From Octopus bimaculoides (lineage: Eukaryota): a DNA stretch of 64,000 nt. The position numbers were made by a program, and so were the translations under genes. The notes beneath the pieces were generated by a model that saw only the letters and a list, made by a program, of their open reading frames with translations, was not told the origin of the DNA and did not search any database. The DNA lies in contig NC_068989.1 in NCBI RefSeq assembly GCF_001194135.2, forward strand, positions 59,440,753-59,504,752, in the 5' to 3' direction. Positions 38,768 to 52,990 of the stretch are shown piece by piece; the stretch's first letter is position 1; each line of letters opens with the position of its first letter.

Positions 38768-39412
38768 AAACAATTTTGGTGATTAATGGCTGGAGTTGAA
38801 AAATGAATTACAGAACAATTCCGTTGCAAAAGTTTAGTCAATATTGATCGGAGAAAACTTTTATGACAATGTAATCCAAATATCAAAAGTGTTATTGATA
38901 AACATCTTGTAAATAAATTTGCTTTATAGACAGCCATATTTATTTTGGTTCAGTTTTCATAACAGCATTGATTGTCTAAATTGACAAAAGATAAAAATAA
39001 AAAAAGAACTTTTAGCTAGTTTAGCTTTTAAGTTCGACTTATTCTGAGATTTTCAGACACAAGTTGATGATGATACTATTACAGAATCAATATCGGAAAT
39101 GCGTGTTTATCCGCCTACACACTAAAATGGACAATTTATGGCAGCCGATTACCAGGCGCATTCAGAAGTCAATGACTTTGTAAAGGTTTACTTTCTGCTG
39201 ATAACTGTTCTTAGATTAGAAAAGAATTTAATGATGGCGGAACGTCTCTGATCAGTTGTTAAAAAATTGAAACACTAGACATGAACGTGTTTAGGGTTCA
39301 ATTTACGATAATTATTTAGTTTCCTTACTTATTGCTGTTGCTGATGCCTAAGTCATATCTTGTCGAACAGATTTACTACCAAAGGCATTCTAGCTGTACC
39401 CATTCACAATCG

Positions 39413-40243
39413 TACCTCAGCCTACGTCGTTAATTGGTTCCAGAGGACAAGATTTAAGTCGAAAAACGACTTAAGTCGAAATAACCATTATTTGAATGTA
39501 TATACATGTAATAATTAAAACCTAGGCCAGCCTAGGTTGTCTTTATGTTAGCCTACGAATTCGATAAATTGTGAGGCAAGCCTAGGCTGCTTTTATATTA
39601 GAAAGAAATCATTTTAAATACTGTACTGTTGCCTACCTGATGGCTGACATCGGTGTTACTCGTTGAGGTTGGTGTAGGAGAAGGCGAGGGGATTAAACAC
39701 TAGATGTCGATGCTTGGGGATCGTCAGCTGACTCCTGTCTTGATGGTGTAGATTGTTGTGCGAACTTGTCTAAAGTTCCTTGAATTATCTTTTTCTTCTT
39801 CCCTTCAAGAATTAGCTTATAAGATGCAATAGTATCTTGACAACCCTCCAGTATTTTTACAAAATGTTGTACATTGGAATCCGTTTCCACAAATAAATCA
39901 AGACATTAATCTAAATGAGAAAATGCCTCTCGCACTTTTTTCAACCTAAAACGACGAGGCTCGGAATCAATGATGCACACGGCATTTTAACATTAATTTT
40001 AATATGCTATACAGATTATGTTTCTATTCCTTTTTTATTTATTTCCTCGTGACGAATATGAACGTAACCAATCGATTCAACCCGGAACTAACAGTACAGT
40101 ACAGTATAGCACGAACGTTATTGTTGTTTTGTCAGGCAACGTAAATCAATACTGTATTTAATATTTAAATAATATTTTAGAAAGACCAACATATCTTCGG
40201 AAATGACGTAAGTCAAAACGACTTAACCAGAGGTATATGTGTA
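39413..40243 (-). mobile_element. Tigger/pogo-like deletion derivative with a transposase C-terminal remnant
   Basis: ORF 39693-39890 ...KILEGCQDTIASYKLILEGKKKKIIQGTLDKF resembles the Tigger C-terminus (Y..I..EKKK...Q..LD.F). Subterminal acgacttaagtcgaa-like motifs occur at both ends in inverted orientation. Confidence 0.55.
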
Positions 40244-40384
40244 CAGTAGAATCTCGGTTTTCGAACAATTCTGATCACGAATAAATCGTACTTTATCTCT
40301 TGTCTTTCTCATATTTGTTTAATACAGTAGTACCTCGGTTTACGAACGCCTCTGATCATGAATAAATCGTGCTTTAAAATATAA

Positions 40385-40418
<34 letters not shown>

Positions 40419-40538
40419 GTCTGTCTGTATGTATGTATGTGTGTCTGTCTTTTTATCAATCTATCTATCTATCTATTATATATATATAAAGCACAATTTA
40501 TTCGCGATCAGAATTGTTCGAAAACCGAGGTACTACTG
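40244..40538. mobile_element. Tigger-type MITE (two left arms, one right arm), TA flanks
   Basis: Arms cagtag(aat/tac)ctcggttt..cgaac..ctgatca.gaataaat start at 40244 and 40325. The inverted arm ends ...aaccgaggtactactg|ta at 40538. Confidence 0.7.
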
Positions 40539-40831
40539 TATTTCTTTTCAGACATAGTTTATCTCTGACTACATTACCTTACTTTTATTCAGGCAGCAGA
40601 TTGTGATTTGAGATAGATTTGGCTATATGTTTAGCCTGTCAATTGACCACGTAAACGCTCTCTTGCTGCTTTGGTAGACATATATGGATATAAGGCATGT
40701 AGACTATGTACTTATCCCAGATCTTCGCTGTTGTTTGATCTAGCCCACAGAGATAGAAGACAAAGTCGACCGAGCAGGATCTGAACACAAAACTCTAAAT
40801 CAAAGCATGAGGTACCATAAAGCATCTAGAC

Positions 40832-41162
40832 CAAGATTTTTCAACCATTTTTTAATCTATGGACCCCTATTTTATTCGGGTGGACCCCTATAGCCATTCA
40901 GTGTTTAAAAACTAGTTTCATAGATACTTATTTCAAAATTTCTATTTTGTTTATCACACAATCACTTGTGTAGGTTGACCTATGTAAAATGTTGGACAGA
41001 AAAATCTAGCTGTTTTTTTTTTTTTTTGTAATATATACCATTACATACATCTAAAGCAAAACTTTTTCAGGGGGTCTTAAAATACTATTGAGGATCTCTA
41101 GTTTACTAATTTGTTTGCTGGACACCCCAAAATCTTATATGGACCCCGGTTGAGAACCACTG
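40832..41162. mobile_element. hAT-type MITE with an 8-bp TSD
   Basis: ATCTAGAC at 40824-40831 and 41163-41170. The right TIR is ggttgagaaccactg (CAGTGGTTCTCAACC). The interior is homologous to 63374-63694. Confidence 0.8.
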
Positions 41163-41239
41163 ATCTAGACCAATGAACTGTACCTCTATGTGTCGCATAG
41201 CTCAAACTACAGTCGATTCTTTTAGTCCTATACTGAAAA

Positions 41240-42020
41240 GATATCTACCAGCATAGTGGAATCCAACTATATAAGCCTCAGTATTTGCTGTCTGCTTTGG
41301 AGTCACCTCCACACTGCCCACACTAGGTAAAGCGACCCCAATTTTCACCTCTCCATTCTACTAGGCTCACCATCATAGACACATATTCATTAAATGGGAA
41401 AGCACCTCCAGTTGCGTCAAACCAACTATGCCACCAGTTTTTACAATATCCTTTCTATTACCCACAATGAAGGCGCCAAGAACTAGCCCTCACCCTTCCT
41501 AAACTCTTCAATACCTCTTTCTCTCTGTATCTTTCTTTCTTTTTTTTCTTTCTCTCTCTCTATCTCTCTCACACTATTTCCCCTTCCCCCCTCTCTCTCT
41601 CTCTCTCTTTCTATCTCTCACGCGCACATGCAGGGTCCTCCTGATCATTGGAAACATGGCACAGAATGTCTCGTTTCTAAGAGTGACAATTCTTTTGACA
41701 CCGAAAACTATAACCCTGTTACAGTTACTTTTAATATATCTCGAAATTAACGGAGGTAATCTTTAACAACTACTCCATTTATTAGATTTCTTCTCTTTTA
41801 TGGCCTTCTTAAAACCCGATCTATTGGAAACGCACTTTCCTTAAGTCAATCAAGATAGAACTCTCGCCTACAAGAAATTTTGAGAAAACATTGCTTGTGC
41901 ACTTGGCATCAGCAAAGCAGTTAGCCATATCAGACAAGACGTATTTCCAAGAAAAGATACTTGACAATGGATACAATCTTTTCATCCAGACCAACCTTAC
42001 TATTCGTTTTTGATCAGAGA
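41240..42020 (+). mobile_element. Degenerate CR1/Jockey-like LINE reverse transcriptase fragment
   Basis: ELALTLPKLF, WKHGTECLVSKSD....ENYNPVTVT (recalling WK.A.V.PVPKKGD.....NYRPI.LT) and ALGISKA (recalling LDISKAFD) appear in the expected order. Interrupted by a (CT)n tract. Confidence 0.55.
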
Positions 42021-44650
42021 TAGATGAATTTTTTCGACATGACTACAGAATAATTTGGTAAGAAAGGAGTTTAATTAAGACATCAGTATATAATTATTGT
42101 ACTCTAGTTTCATATGAAGGAAGTTTAATTAATACTTCTCTCCGATTCATTAAAGCTCTTACAAGTTATCACTTAATTTACTAGATCATCTATAGCAAAA
42201 CATTGTAAGATGCCATTTCTGGTGGTATCTTATATATAAATGTACCTCGTACATTATTTTACTTTGTTGATAAATATAACAAATAATCTCAATATTTCCT
42301 TTTTCTAAATAAACTGCCTAGAAATCTGAGAATTAAGTTCAATATCTTAGAAAAGCTATGAATTAGCTAAACCAGATTTATTGATAAATCCTATCTGACA
42401 ATTTGATATAACAAATTCTTACTTTTTGTCTCAAAATAGATGTATTATTGATGGAGATTTGCTATTAAGAAGACTATCACAATACGACGAAGTAGTACTA
42501 ATCCAAGTATAATAGGTTTGGTCAGAATAAATTGTTGATACTTAAGATACAACATTAATGCTTTGCAGTACTTCCTGGCTGTCTGATAATATAAAAGACA
42601 GTCGTCAGGTGCATAAAATTGATGTTGCAGCTAAATCTATAACTGCTTTCTTGTTTGTTATGACAGATTTCTTTATTTTTTCTTTTCCTTTCTTTTCTTG
42701 CTTTTTTCTTTTCTTTCTTTCTTTTCTCTCTTTCTTTTTTTTTTCTTTCTTTTTTTTTTCTTTTTTTATTTTCACTCTTCAAACTCTCCTCGTTTATAAG
42801 ACTGAATGAAGGTGTTTGGGTTTATTTATAGAATTTCTTTCGAGATTTTGATTTCTTTGAAGCCTAAACGATCTGAGTACTGTTGAGTAATTTCCCGGTC
42901 TGCCATGAGAAGGATAGATGAGGGGTGGAGGAGAGAGAGAGAAGAAGAAGAAGGAAAGAAAGAAACAAAGAAAGAGAGACAGAAGGGAGAGGCAGTTTCC
43001 TTTAAAATGAAAGAAGCAAGCCTGAACTATGGAGTAATCCTCTACATGGTCGCTCAATTGCAAGAAATAGCAATCAAATCCTCTCATATCTCACCCTAAC
43101 ATCCCCCCCCCACTTCTGCCAAAAAACAGAATGACTTACTGTCCAGTGTAGTCTTAGATATACTAAAAGGTATGATGGTAATGGTTGAAGGTATGATGGT
43201 CATGTCTTTGATTATAAGTTTGATATGTGAGGGCTGATCTGGAGTCAAACAACAACAACTCGAAACATAAACATGATTTTATCTTTCAAAATGATGCACA
43301 TTACACAATAAAACACACTAAAACAATAAATTCACAATAAAAACACAAGTGTTAACAAAAATGTATTCTAAGTTATTTACAATAATTGATGCAGACCTAT
43401 ATGCATTCTCTCTTTGATTACGCTACCGTAACTACAAACTGCTTTTCTGAATTTAGACCCGTAAACAAGGAGAGGAGAGTCATCCAGGCTATGGCATGTA
43501 CTGTTTCTCTCTGCATCTTAGTGATTTTTCATATTGGCAACAGTTAAACAAACAGTGTTTCTTTTTTTATTTTTTGTGAAACTGACAAGTAATTGAGGTT
43601 GTTAAACATCTCTCAACAGAAATTACCAAAAGATTTAACCTCAGGTGAGTTGGTGTTCGGGAAAGTAAACAAATATTTATATCCGAGTCGCTGAAAGGAT
43701 GAAATTAAACATCTTAAACTTAAAATTAAGCATCTCAATTAAATATTTGAAGCTTTGGGCTACATTTATGGATTGTTAATTAGCTATAGTGTTTTAAGAT
43801 AAAGTTGATAAAAGATAAAACCTCACCCTCTTTATCTTTAGAATTTAGAGTTAACCCTTCTGTGTAGAATCCCCACTCCTATTCTCGACAGTAAGGCGTG
43901 TAGAAGTGTTCCATACAAATATACATCAAAATTACCGCATGAGTTTGAACCGAAGACCTTTAAGTTGGTAATCAGACATTATATCAACTCGGACATTTCA
44001 TAATACAATGAAAGTAAAAGGTAACTTGTATCCGATGGAAAACTATTGTAAAATTCGATAGAATTTCATTTATACAACTTCTTTTATTGGTGGTCACACA
44101 TAGTCCAATATATCATGCACGTTACCTTATTGAACTGTTACACAATATTTCTTGTATGTCTAAATAAAACAACTTTTGGTAAAGTTTAGACAAACTCTTC
44201 ACAGCAGATAAAGTATCAAGTTACTCTTAATTTCGGAAACCGAAACTACAAAACGAAGCCCCACAACCTTTTGAGAACTACCGTACTGCCAATCTCTGTA
44301 ACTATTGCATGTATTTCGGTAATTTCTATCGCTATAGAGAAGAGTTTGAAAAGTGTCTGGTTTTACTTGAAACAGATTACTAATGCAATTCTGAGATGAT
44401 TTAAATATAGACGGAGAGTGTGTACCTGTTTGAATTAATGCCAACTTGATGATCAGAGAGTATGTTTCTTGATATATGAAGAAAGGATCATCGATTTTTC
44501 TTCTTCGGGCGGGTCTCTGCCGTTTTCTTGGCAGCAGATCTCTTTTTACACTTACAACCACACTTAGGTGCATTTTATTACTGTAAGTACCTGCGTGCAT
44601 GTATAAAAACATACATAAATATGTGTGAATGTGTATGTGTGTGTGTGTGC

Positions 44651-44750
<100 letters not shown>

Positions 44751-45139
44751 AAATATTTTATGTTATATATTCAGATTTCTTCTGCAATAAGCAAGGGGCA
44801 GAACAAGTTAGAAGAATATTTCTGAACGGATATTTGTCGACGAGCTGGCATCAACTGAAGTATTATTTTTCGTCTGAGTGGTTTTACACAAGAAATATCT
44901 GTATCTTTCTCGGATCAATAGAATTCTGTAACTATTTTGTAGCTGTCTTCTTGTAGTTAGAGACTTTGAATCAAACGAACAATATGTCAGATTCAGCAAA
45001 TATAATCCGATAATTTCAAACTGCCTAAAGAATCTTGTGAATATTTGTTTCACTGAAAGAGAGGAAGCAACTGTGCAAAAGGATGATTTATTTGCATATA
45101 CTGTGTTATTCCGCAGTTATATTTCTAGAAACATAAGAC

Positions 45140-45320
45140 ACCGGGCAAAATGCTTAACGGCATTTCATCCGTCTTTACGTTGTAAGTTCAAATTCCGCCG
45201 AGGTCGTCTTTGCCTTTCATCCTTTCGAGGTCGATAATAAGTATCAGTTGAACTTTAGGGTCGATGTAATCGACTTACACCCAGCCACAAAATTTGCTGG
45301 CCTTGTACTAAAATTTGAAG
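45140..45320 (+). mobile_element. SINE family A copy, CpG-intact, tail type 2
   Basis: aaatgcttaacggcatttc...ttcaaattccgccgaggtcg...ggtcgataa...aaaatttgctggccttgtactaaaatttgaa. Confidence 0.85.
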
Positions 45321-46888
45321 TCAATATTTCTAGAAACATCCCAAATTAATAGCTAGAAAATTTGATTTCTAGCGTTGCTAATGAAGTTTATATTTCTAGT
45401 GTGCTAAAGACAAGCTTCGCAAAACAATGTTCTCAACAAGCTAATGGTCATCGCATGCCAATTTTTTGTTAATTACTTCCAATGAATGCTCTCGTATTGA
45501 AACTTATTTTAATTATAGCATTACTAATTTATAACAGACTGGTCATTCATAGTTAAAGATTTATTTGTAGAAACAAAAAATATTTCAAATGAAGCGTGTG
45601 TCCACAAATAGTCGTAAAGCATGTTGATAAACAGGTTGTCAATGTTATTTCTACATTTAATATTATTAAAAGTTAGATCGGTGGATGACAGACACGGTAC
45701 AACACCGGAGAAAGTACTTCATGCAATTTAGTTCCGTTCTCAAACCTTTTTCAGTTTTGGTAACCACATATGGTTCTCAAACTTTTCCTTAAAATGGGCA
45801 TAACTCTCCTCAAAGTATCAACCATGATCTATTAAGACTATTAAACGCATGAACATAACTGGTTTCATGTATAAAATAAGACTGGTTTCATGTGTTAAAT
45901 AAGACAGGCAGGTTTCATGAGACAAGTTTCCAGACGAGGCCATGAGTGGCCCCCAAAATGCAAGAATATGAAATGAAGTTGGGGTGCGAATATTTATTGG
46001 ATTAATACAGACAAAATATTAAATATTAAAAATGGAAAATATATTTTCGTAAATAAACATGAAATAAACGCAAATACATGAGAATTTTTAGTTAGTAGAA
46101 ACGGAAGCATGAAAAAGTTTACCCTTCAGTATATAACCTACACTTTCTATGCTTAAATATTATACTTTATCATTTTATGATATTATCATAAACTTTTGAC
46201 GTTGCACATCAAAGCAATTTTATTGTTAATATCTAATGGTCATGTAGAAATAAAGAGGTTTAGTATACGCGGGCCACATTTGGCACTCGAACACCTGACA
46301 ACAGCCATTCTTAAACACACAATCGTAACTGTACCCATTCTTAATTATACCTGTCACTATCTTTCAACATATATCTGCGCCCATGAAGTTAAATATCGTG
46401 AATAAGAATGAGCAATGTACTATTAAAATATTATGGTTTATATAGTGATATAGGGTAATTAAAAGATCAATAAGAATATGAACCAATGAATTTTGATGAT
46501 TGAAAATTAATATTTTAGTTGTCATTCTCCATATTATTGTTCTACAATGCAACCAAAATCTATATTCCTTTATTTTTTACTCTTTTCTCTCATTGTATTG
46601 CGACCAGGCTGGGGCACTACCTTCAACGGTTTCGTTGAACATACCGACCCCATTGCTTCTTTGAATGTGATACTTATTTTATTGATCTGTAGATATCGAA
46701 CCGCTAGCTAATGCACATATAAAAACAATCACTGTTATACAGATACATTCGTGTTATATGTGTGTTTGTGCGTGCGCGTGCGTGCGTATCAGTCTGAGTG
46801 TCTGCATGTTTCTGTGTACCTGCATGTGTTTGCATGTATATGTCATACTTGCACGCATCTTTTCTATTTTACAACAATTTTCAACTTA

Positions 46889-47106
46889 CGAGGGGGTGCT
46901 GGAAAGTTCCTGGCTTGGGGTAAAAGAAAATACAGGAGGATCAGTTAATTATGATTTTATTCAACATAATCCCCTCTCAGATTCACACACTTTTTGCTAC
47001 TGCCCTTCAGTTTTTCTAAGCCCTGTAAAAGAACTCGGAAGGTTGGGTCTCGAACCAGGCCTTTCGCGACACCTTCAAAGTCAAGAACTTTTCAGCACCC
47101 CTTTTG
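46889..47106. mobile_element. Mariner-type MITE with ~28-bp TIRs and TA TSD
   Basis: ta|cgagggggtgctggaaagttcctggctt ... aagtcaagaacttttcagcaccccttttg|ta. Confidence 0.8.
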
Positions 47107-47175
47107 TATATTCGTTTATATGTACATATACATATTTTAAAACTTACATGCTTACATCAGTTCTTTCCTTTTCTC

Positions 47176-47213
<38 letters not shown>

Positions 47214-47841
47214 CTTTCCTTCTCTTCCCTCTATCGCTTTATTTTGTACTCAACTGTTTCAGTTAACAAGCACCTTTTGATATTATCCAATCAGAATTTG
47301 TCTAGCTATTCAAATATCTCCACTTTTAAACTCTTCCTTTGGGTTATAGTTTCATAATCGCCCGAAGGCCGGAAAGGGGTAACTTGAAGTTACACTTTGA
47401 GAATGTTCAACTTCTTTCATGTTCATACATGAATGTTAATGTCCGTATGCACACGCGCGCATACACTCACATGCACACAAACGCACACACACACACACAC
47501 ATACACACATACACACACACACATACACATATATACACATATATATACATATATATATATTATATTATATGTTATATTACATTATATTATATTGTATTGT
47601 ATTGTATCAAACACACTAAATGGGGGCTTTTGCAGTTTTTGTCTGCCAAATTCCATTCACAAAGTATTGGTCAACTTGAAGTTACAGTAAAAAAATCGGA
47701 CCCTAGTATTCATTTTTAAACTTGATACTTATTCTATCGGTTATCTTTACCGAACCGCTAAGTTAGAGGGACAAAAACAAGCCAGCACCGGTTACCAAGC
47801 AGCGGTGAGGAACAAAACAAGGACACACATATATAGATATT

Positions 47842-47873
<32 letters not shown>

Positions 47874-47890
47874 CATGCGTGCGTGCGTGC

Positions 47891-47930
<40 letters not shown>

Positions 47931-49089
47931 GTGCGTGTGTGCGTGTGTGCGTGTGTGCGTGTGCGCGCGCGTTCGACGAGCTTCTTTCAGTTTCTGTCTG
48001 GGGCTATAGTAGAAGATACTTGCCCAAAATTCCCCGCAGTGAACTTCTGGCAATGTGGCTTCATTTCTATAAATGAAAGAGCTATCAACAGATTCGCATT
48101 AGAAACGCTACTTTATGATGAACTGATTGTATGCTGTTTGCCCATTTGCATTCCGCACCATTTTGCTCTTCAACCGAGTTCTGTTTTTCTCGATAAACAT
48201 TTAATAACGGCTTATCTTCTCATGTTGACACATCTCGCGTTTACATGTCTGATTCAATCACAAAATAACACATTTCCAATGATAAACGAAATCTTCGTCA
48301 GAATTACATTTGATGCACATCATTGGAACTTGGGCGAGTGATAAAGAGACACTTGAGAACGTTGTCTTATAAAGGATTAATAGCTCTAATCGATATTATA
48401 CCGCTTCTTATAGCTATTTCAGGTTTTCTGAGACTAATATTAATATTTATCTGAATAAACAATCAACAAATAACACTATACCTTCAAACAGCGCTGTAAA
48501 GATAGTAAAGTGGGCGCTAATACATAATTTTGGGAGCCAAAACCTGCAATTTCAATTTATTTTAATAGTACTGCAGTTGACATTGAGGCGATAGATATTG
48601 CCTGTGAAGTTATCCATAAAACTAATTTTATATTTTGAGATTAGATTAAATCTTGCTATTTCGCACAAGATCATCACTGATTGGGCAGGCATATAAAAAA
48701 AACGTTCCATTAGTGACCATCCCGTCTTATTTTCAGACAATGTATCTATAATAACATTATTTAATGCTCTTCCTCCTTTAAAACAGTAGGGTTTTATTTG
48801 AGCCGTAGTTTAGTAGGCAGGCTATTCAATTACACTGGCCCTAGAGAGTTACTGGTTCTTTAGTATTTTATTAGCTGAAAGATTTAAAAGATAAGCTCAG
48901 TAATACAGAAATGCGAACGAAGAATGATGGTATTTCCTTTGGTGTTACGCGTTTTCTACTTATTCTTCTACTTATTCTTCTCACTATCCATGTTGTGTTC
49001 ACTCCCATCCTCACTCCTCACTACTCTGGCATTTCCTCAAAGCATTATATATGATGCTTCATCCGATTAAAAGGTCTTTATTCCTTTCA

Positions 49090-49415
49090 GATCACCCACA
49101 GGCGGAAATAAAAAGACATGCATTCATTGTTGCCATATGGACGGAATACAGTGATTTAAAAATTGCTATCACAAAGTTCGGATGGAATTGGAAGTCGCTG
49201 GCTAGAATATTTCAACTGTATCAAAGAGAGAAGAGAAAAAGCATTCTAAATTTTCAAACACTATAAGGACGTCGCAATTAATTGAACGGGTTTAAGACCT
49301 TACTAATGATAATCTCGAAAAATCAATGAGAGCTCTCACCAAAGAACTTCAGGTGTCGGAGTGGACCATCGGAACTGTGGTGCATCAGAACATGCGATAC
49401 AAATCGTATATATTA
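49090..49415 (+). mobile_element. maT/DD37D-like Tc1-mariner transposase N-terminal (HTH) remnant
   Basis: KRHAFIVAI..EYSDLKIA and KSMRALTKELQVSEWTIGTVVHQNMRYKSY resemble the recalled maT HTH region (SMR.LA.EL.VS..TI..VV..DL.YKSY). Frameshifted. Confidence 0.6.
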
Positions 49416-49416
49416 C

Positions 49417-49462
<46 letters not shown>

Positions 49463-49664
49463 AAATTGGTGTGCTTACATACATATATATANNNNNNNNN
49501 NNNNNNNNNNNNNNNNNNNNNNNNNNNNNNNNNNNNNNNNNNNNNNNNNNNNNNNNNNNNNNNNNNNNNNNNNNNNNNNNNNNNNNNNNNNNNNNNNNNN
49601 NNNNNNNNNNNNNNNNNNNNNNNNNNNNNNNNNNNNNNNNNNNNNNNNNNNNNNNNNNNNNNNN

Positions 49665-49717
<53 letters not shown>

Positions 49718-50793
49718 TACATGTATATGCACATATGTATATGTATATATGCATATATGTATATAATACATATATTTATATACATGTCGAAACATACATA
49801 CAATCATACATAAATGGGCACGCACGTGTGTATGTATGTTTGTATGTATGTATGTATGTATGTATGCAGGCATGTGTGTATGTGTACACGTTTGTATGTA
49901 GGAATGAAAATATGTATGTATGTGTGTGTGTGTGTGTGTTTGTGCGCGTGCATATTCTTTTATTTTTGTAATAAGTTTCAGCCCTAAGGCTGTGGCCATG
50001 CTGGGGCATCGTTGTATTATGTATATATTCTCTATAAAAATCCGAGGCCTATATGAAAATAAATACAGAATGTATACAGTCACGTCGATGATAAATTGAT
50101 TCAAGTAGGCCATCAATCTTGGTCAGAATTATTCGTTAATGACTGATCTCTTCGACCGACTTCAGAATGTGGGGAGGAAAATGGAAGACGCTATGTTGTT
50201 TCATGACTATAACCAAGAAAAATCGAACCATTTCATGAATTTTATTATAAACCCTCCTTGGTCACCACACAATATGAATTAAGTCCAAAATAATAAGACA
50301 CAAAAGATGAAGCACTACCATACATATGTCAGTAATAATTGCTGCAGTAAGTGCTACAATAACAAATACAACAATTTAAAATCTAGGAAAAGCGGTAAGA
50401 TGCATATTTGTATTTGATTTTATTATTCTGAAAAAGAAAATAAGAAAACTACAGCGAACTGTTGCTGTCAAGGGCACACTGTAACACTTAGAATGTAATA
50501 AATACAGACGTGAACACATTCGTACATGCGCATACACTCATAATTTTACATACAATCGACACTGCTATGGTGTTCTGGAAGATTTCCAAAACTCCCAACT
50601 GTTTGTTTGTGTCTTGATAAAATAGGTTTGGGCATAAATCAATCATCGTTTAGACCTCAGGAACGATATACTATTGTTCACCGCAGAACTTATAACTCTC
50701 CTGCCAATTTTAGTAAATATTTCTTACAGACGGTGAACTTGATATTTTTTTCTTTTTAACCTTCATCATCATCTTTATTTATTTACTTATTTA

Positions 50794-50829
<36 letters not shown>

Positions 50830-50879
50830 CATTATTATTATTATTACCATTATTATTATTTATTTATTTATTTATTTAC

Positions 50880-51030
50880 ACGACTTAGAGGAGAATAGGT
50901 CAATACCTCCGGCCGGTTTTAGAAACTCTAAGACTCAGGAGAATGATTGGCCCGAATTATTGCACCAGAGTGGACTCCAGTAAAGGCACTCAATGACTAA
51001 GTAGTGCTGTTGAACTGGGCGACGGATGAA
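50880..51030 (-). mobile_element. Probable LINE 3' end abutting a (TAA)n tract
   Basis: Minus frame CLYWSPLWCN...LEFLKPAGGIDLFSSKSCK* runs directly into TAAA/TAA repeats (50790-50880). Clade uncertain (RTE-X-like from memory). Confidence 0.35.
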
Positions 51031-52169
51031 GTATACCAGTTACTTTGTTTCAAATGATACCGAGTTTCTCATTTGCCTTTTATGGTACTTTTTGGATGAC
51101 TATATTCATAGCACACATTCCTCTTTCATTCACTTTAGGCTGAATATGTTGTATTATTTGCATTATTAATCAGTTTTGTAACGGAGTGAGGGATAGAAGA
51201 GTCACTTGTATGTGGCAATGATGAATTTGACAGATACACTACTAGATCAATTATCCAGCAGGCTTAAGATCGGAGGTATCCCGGTTTTCTGAAGACAATC
51301 TAAATAAGTACTTAAAATATAAAATAAACAATAAAAACTAAAGAGCTAAATTGTATTTAACACATTCGAATTAATACACTTCTAAAACAGGGCCTGTTTG
51401 ATATTTATTAAAATGTATTATACTGTACTATGTATACTATATAATGTTTATAGTATCAAGGAAAGTAAAGAACATGATTTTATTTAACAGATACAAGTAC
51501 AAATTAATACAATTCTAAAGCAGAATATGTTTAATCTGTATTAATCCACTTAAAAAATAAAGAACAAAGCTAATTTTACTGCCATACGAAATTAACCATC
51601 TTTAAAAACAGGTTCCTTTTACTCAATATAGGTGTAGTATATTGCACAATATCGCACAGTATTACCGAATTTCTGGAAATTCCGGATTTCGGAAAGCCGG
51701 GTGAGAGGTCCAGTACTTTATTGCTTATAGAGTTAGCCTTCAACACTTCTGTTTTTTGGGGGAAGTGCTGCCCCACCCGCTAGTAAATTCCTTGAAAGGT
51801 GGGTAAGAGTTGCGAAGATGGTTACGTACGATCGGGCCTGGTGTGAACATGCAGTTGTAAATAGAAGGGTAACAATTGAATGAGGGCAACTGCCCTTGTG
51901 GTTAAAGTAATTCAGGTTTTCCGGGATATTCATCGAACAGACTCTCAGTTTGTGTTCCCACCCCGCTGCTGGTGAATTTGGTCTTTGTTGGATTTTCTTT
52001 ATTTGTTTTCATATATTGTTATTCGTTTTTACACATAAACCCTCCCCATCATTGTACCCTTTTGGACCGACTTTCTTTACTTCTTTTTAGCCCTTGCGGT
52101 TATAAAAGAATCATCATTAACATCATTATCATCATCATTATTATTATTATTGTCATCATCATCAATACC

Positions 52170-52365
52170 ATAAAGGCGGCGAGCTGATAGAATCGTTAAC
52201 ACGCTGGGTAAAATGTTTTGCATCATTTCATCTGCCTTTACGTTCTGTGTTCAAATTCTTCCGAAGTCGACTTCGTCTTTCATCCTTACGGGAATCAAGC
52301 ACAGGTGTCGATGTAATGGATTTACCTCTTTCCCAAAATTGCTGGCTTTGGGCCAAAATATGAAA
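52170..52365 (+). mobile_element. SINE family A copy, tail type 2
   Basis: aaggcggcgagctgatagaatcgttaac...ttcaaattcttccgaagtcgac...cccaaaattgctggctttgggccaaaatatgaaacc. Confidence 0.85.
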
Positions 52366-52544
52366 CCATTATCATCAAGATAATTATCCTCATCATAATC
52401 ATCATTGTCATTATTATTATTATTATTATCATTATTATTATTATTATTATTATTAATACTATTATTATTATTATCGTTATTATTATTATTATGGTTATTA
52501 TGATTATTATTATGATTATTATTATGATTATTATGATTATTATG

Positions 52545-52583
<39 letters not shown>

Positions 52584-52631
52584 ACTATTATGATTATTAT
52601 CGTTATTATTATTATTATTATGATTATTATG

Positions 52632-52694
<63 letters not shown>

Positions 52695-52733
52695 ACTATT
52701 ATTATTATTATCGTTATTATTATTATTATTATG

Positions 52734-52791
<58 letters not shown>
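52366..52791. repeat. Long (ATT)n microsatellite with higher-order repeats
   Basis: About 420 bp. The block attaatactatta(t/g)..attatcgttatt recurs three times (near 52452, 52578 and 52690). Confidence 0.95.
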
Positions 52792-52792
<1 letters not shown>

Positions 52793-52990
52793 CTCTTTAT
52801 CACAGGTTTTGTTGGAGCTCCTGGAGTCTTGCATGCTGCGTAGCGTGCTTACTACCTGCAGCCAACGATACCATCCTCTCCGTTCTTTTCAGCTATCTAA
52901 TACTTTCCTGATTATTCTGGCCGTGCCAAGGAGGTAAATCTTTTGTAGCAGTTCTACTGGGCACTCTATTCCAATCTATAATACATTAAA
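52792..52990 (-). mobile_element. 3' end of an R4/Dong-like (RLE) non-LTR retrotransposon
   Basis: Minus 52975-52889 encodes IGIECPVELLQKIYLLGTARIIRKVLDS*, the typical LQK..LLGTA.I.RKVL C-terminus of R4/Dong-type ORFs. The 3' UTR runs straight into (TAA)n. Confidence 0.7.

Noticed and set aside
43940-44000. tRNA-like sequence on the minus strand, and the tRNA-like heads at 36275 and in SINE families A and B
   Set aside because: There is no complete cloverleaf or acceptor stem, and each continues into a repeat body. These are SINE heads, not tRNA genes.
45855-45930. Short ~23-bp tandem repeat (also a 12-bp x3 repeat near 789-826) that could suggest a CRISPR-like array
   Set aside because: There are only 2-3 adjacent units with no unique spacers, in a eukaryotic context.
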